Position numbers and translations under genes: made by a program
Assembly (NCBI GenBank): GCA_963663475.2
Contig: CAXXJV010000001.1
Coordinates: forward strand, 1,888,001 to 1,952,000
Reading direction: 5' to 3'
Length of the DNA: 64,000 bases
Source: Candidatus Cloacimonadales bacterium
GTDB taxonomy: Bacteria; Cloacimonadota; Cloacimonadia; Cloacimonadales; JAFGVF01
In this document: piece by piece, positions 60,843 to 64,000 of the stretch
How positions within the stretch are numbered: the stretch's first letter is position 1
Layout of the letters: each line of letters begins with the position of its first letter
Notes under the pieces: generated by a model
Database searches by the model: none
Seen by the model: only the letters and a program-made list of their open reading frames with translations
Told to the model about the DNA's origin: nothing

Positions 60843-61841
60843 ATCCTCTTCGAACACTTAGTAGCAAATATTAACATAGACAGCGAAATTGGTTCTTTAA
60901 CCCTAGATGAAGTTTCTGGTAGTGCAGAGATTGATTCCGAAATTGGTTCTATTAAGGTAAAAAAGGGTGACTTCCAGAACTTTTTTTGCTCTACTGAGGT
61001 TGGGAATATAGAGATTTTAGGAATTAAAGCAGTAGCCTTAAAGTGTGAAACAGAAGTAGGTCAAATCAATATAAAAGAAGCAGAAGTATCCAATGCTACC
61101 ATTAGTAGTGAAACAGGTAACATCGAATATCAACTACTTCCTAACAAGCAAAATCAAACTAAAATATCAGCAGAAATCGGTAAAGTAAAAATTATCATTC
61201 CTCATGAAATTAACTTAGATTTAAAAGCAACTTCAGAAATGGGTTCGGTTAATTCTTCTCTTAAGAATGTTGTCTCTTCCCCAATCGATGATGGTGTAAT
61301 CTTAAAAAGTGAAACAATAAATAATGAAGCAGGAAGTGCAACTATCAAGGTTACCACTGAAATTGGATCCATAACTCTACTTAATGAAGATACTCTTCCT
61401 AATGAAGAGAAAAGACAGTTTAAAAATAACAAGTTGAATGAGGAGATTATTCGAGCCATGAATGAAATGAGCAAAGTAACAAAGGTGCTAGGTTCTCCAG
61501 CCTTAAGAAAGTCCATTGGTGGCGCTTTTGCTAACTTGGGAGAAGTTATTAAGTCTAGGGTTCAAACAGCCTTAAAAGAGGCCGATATTACGATTAAAGA
61601 GTCAATGAAAGATATGAAGGCTGATTTGCAACAGCAAAGACAAGATTATAAATCAGAAAATGTCCGTAACAGACAAGAAGCTCAACAAGGAAGAGATTTT
61701 TCTAGCAGAAATAGTATGTATAGACCTGAAGATAGGTTATCAGATAATGAGAAAAGTAGATTAAAAATTCTCGATCTTCTTGAGCAAGGAAAAATAAGTC
61801 ATGAACAGGCAGAGAAACTCCTTAAAGCAATAAATAAATAA
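60843..61841 (+). pseudogene. 5'-truncated DUF4097-like beta-repeat protein with C-terminal 'ILDLLEQGKIS.EQAEKLL' motif
   Basis: Frame is open from 60843 (ILFEHLVANINIDSEIGS...) with SEIG repeats and begins at the element end. Confidence 0.75.
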
Positions 61842-61867
61842 ATAAGATCTCTAAGCTATTATAATTG

Positions 61868-62100
61868 AACCCAAGTTTTGCAGTAGAACTTCAATGAAAA
61901 TATTGTTCTATACCTGAAGTTTTTCTGCATTTCTTGGGTTCATTATCTTATCATTCCTTCCTCTTCCCCTCCTCCTTAATACTCATCTTAATTAAAAATC
62001 GAATAATATTTAGGATGTGTGAGAAGGAGCATGGGAAGACAAAACAAAGAGGATAAAACATAATCCCGAATGGTGCAGTAGAGCTTTACAGAAGAGTGCA
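61868..62100. repeat. REP/MITE-like element, same family as 13977-14319
   Basis: Hairpin AACCCAAG...CAGTAGAACTTCA...TGAAGTTTTTCTGCA...CTTGGGTT; CTTATCAT(T)CCTTC pyrimidine tract; TAATCCCGAATGGTGCAGTAGAGCTTT. Confidence 0.65.
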
Positions 62101-62970
62101 GATTCTTTTAGTGTTATCGAGAGCCAAGCTATCTATGCATACCAAAATAGACTAATCTTCTCTTATATCACTAATGATACATTCAAAGTGTTTGATATTG
62201 ATCCTCAAGATTTATCCCAAACTGCAACTTATTCCTTTCCTTCTCAGCGTGGTGTTGCTCTACAAGATTTTATTATCGGAAATAAGTTCTATAACATTCA
62301 GAACTATAATGATAATTTAACTTTAGCTTGCTATGATTTAGATAATGATTTTGCTCAAGTATGGCAGGAAACTATTGCTGAGAATGTTATGAGTGACTTC
62401 GTTATTGAAAAGTTAAATAATAGATTTGTTGTTGCTTATACTCAAGGTACTGAAGGAAGCGAAAGAGTTTCTCTCAGAACTATTAGTTTTTTGGGTAATA
62501 GTGATCAGTATGAAGAGGGCTGTGCTTTACCTTTAAACTTAGAGAGTCAGTACGGTCCTACTATAAGTGTGCTTGATGATAACACAATCTTCGTTAACAG
62601 AATTGAGAATAATTCAGCTGATAATCCTGGTGTTTATTGTGATTTAATAGACCTTAGTTACTTTGTTCCAAATAGTTCTGAAGATGTGTCTCCTTTTACT
62701 TTCACAGCAACAAATTATCCAAATCCTTTTAATCCTGAGACTACTATTTCTTATAATCTTACTAAAGCTGGAGTTACTAAAGTTGAGGTCTTTAATTTGA
62801 AAGGTCAGTTAGTAAAGACTTTAGTTAATGAGGTACAGTCTGCTGGGAATCAAAAGGTTATTTGGAGAGGTAATAATGAGCAAGATAAACAGGTAAGCTC
62901 AGGAATTTATCTGTATAAAATTAAAAGTACAGGTGGTGTTATAAGTGGGAAGATGGTGTTGATGAAATAG
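62101..62970 (+). pseudogene. 5'-truncated secreted protein with T9SS-type CTD
   Basis: No signal peptide; frame runs back into the repeat; NYPNPFNPET...SSGIY...KMVLMK. Confidence 0.7.
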
Positions 62971-63420
62971 GGTCTTGCTTTGCAAGAATTAAAAATGAAA
63001 AATAGAAGAGTAAAACTTTCAGGCGAATTTACACGAATGTAGGGGAGATAGATTTTTTGCCCTTCTATAAAACAAGATAAATACATCTTTCGTCGGACGG
63101 TGGACATTCTGTCTGCCATTCTCTTAAACTCCCCGCTTTAGTACTGAAGGTAGGTTTAAAGAGGGGTGTGGCTTGGTATTTCCAAGACAGGGTGTTTTGT
63201 GAGTCAAGCAGGGATTAATAAAATAATCAGGCTGATTACAGCCTGATGGAAGCAGAGACACTCCACACATAGTTTCGCTCATCTGGAATATGTAAACTAT
63301 GGACTGGTAACACCCTTGCCACCACTCCATAAACCATAAAGCTATGCTATTGGAAAAGGTAGCATACTGATTGAATAGTCTTAATTCATTTCAATTAAAA
63401 AATAATACATAATAATTGAC

Positions 63421-63456
63421 AAAAAACGTACTAGAAGTAAAAAACGTACTAGAAGT
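63421..63456 (+). repeat. 18-bp tandem duplication in a probable promoter
   Basis: AAAAAACGTACTAGAAGT x2, beginning at the last base of TTGACA (63416-63421). Confidence 0.75.
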
Positions 63457-63507
63457 AAAAAATGTAAATGTAAATAAATATTACAGTTTAACTTATTGGG
63501 AGGAACA

Positions 63508-64000
63508 ATGAGAAAATATCTGCTACTAATAGTTGTAACTTTGCTATGCTCTTTATCAAGCTTATTAGCACAAGTAGTTTGGGATAACTCGTCCTGTGTA
63601 TATAGTGTCGACAATAGGAAAAGTGAATTAATATCAAAACAGGATATTGCAACTGGGTCCTTAGTATTTTATAGACTTAATAATCAACTTGTATTTGAAA
63701 AACTGGATAACTTAGGAAATCCAATCACAGATCAAGTAATAGATTTGAATATACAAGTTAATGAAGAATCGATTTTAACAGTTAGAAAAAGTTATGATAA
63801 CAACTTTTTTATTTATTGGAGAGAAGAAAACTTGCTCAAGATTAAGAAAATCAGTGAAGAAGGCAGTGACCTATGGAATTCGTGTTTAAATATACCAATT
63901 CTAGATTATTCAAATAGGATTATTGATGGAATGCAAATTGTTGATGATGAAGAATCTGTCTATTTATTGGTAAATTACCAGAGTGATGTTTATGAGGAAG
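63508..64000 (+). CDS. secreted protein, partial (runs off window)
   Basis: GGGAGG RBS; MRKYLLLIVVTLLCSLSSLLAQVVW... open to window end. Confidence 0.8.
   Translation, partial: MRKYLLLIVVTLLCSLSSLLAQVVWDNSSCVYSVDNRKSELISKQDIATGSLVFYRLNNQLVFEKLDNLGNPITDQVIDLNIQVNEESILTVRKSYDNNFFIYWREENLLKIKKISEEGSDLWNSCLNIPILDYSNRIIDGMQIVDDEESVYLLVNYQSDVYEE

Noticed and set aside
63124-63330. 68-aa ORF or IS200/605 end / omega-RNA-like stem (CTCCCCGCTTT...AAAGAGGGG)
   Set aside because: No tnpA/tnpB/iscB nearby, the stem is imperfect, and the ORF lacks an RBS or motifs; at most a decayed palindromic repeat.

Overview
AT-rich bacterial chromosome, most likely Ca. Cloacimonadota or a related FCB lineage. This is inferred from a PorV-like gene and many secreted proteins ending in a 'YPNP(FN)...SG(I/V)Y' T9SS/FlgD-type sorting domain (CTD). 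1-16.8 kb is core genome: holA, uppP, a PorV / M6-protease / three-paralogue operon, tRNA-Leu(CAA), mfd, a hybrid kinase and tmRNA. Directly after the tmRNA CCA lie 155-bp structured tandem repeats followed by a small GIY-YIG nuclease gene and a REP/RAYT remnant. About 17.9-60.8 kb is a composite island built from a Mu-like transposable prophage. It has one left end (~17925) and three same-orientation copies of a ~300-bp right end (ending 45411, 50404, 60841). The first unit (27.5 kb) keeps repressor, MuA/MuB, terminases and gpF. Its capsid/tail module between the portal and the distal genes is absent, and the slot holds secreted T9SS-type cargo plus an ECF sigma factor. The second unit (5 kb, no transposase) has the same portal-[secreted cargo]-distal gene layout with different cargo. 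The third interval carries an ABC exporter and a two-component system, and its end truncates a host DUF4097-like gene. The best candidates for something undescribed are these cargo-carrying mini-Mu elements and the tmRNA-3'-linked structured repeat with GIY-YIG. All family calls are from motif recognition by eye; no searches were run.
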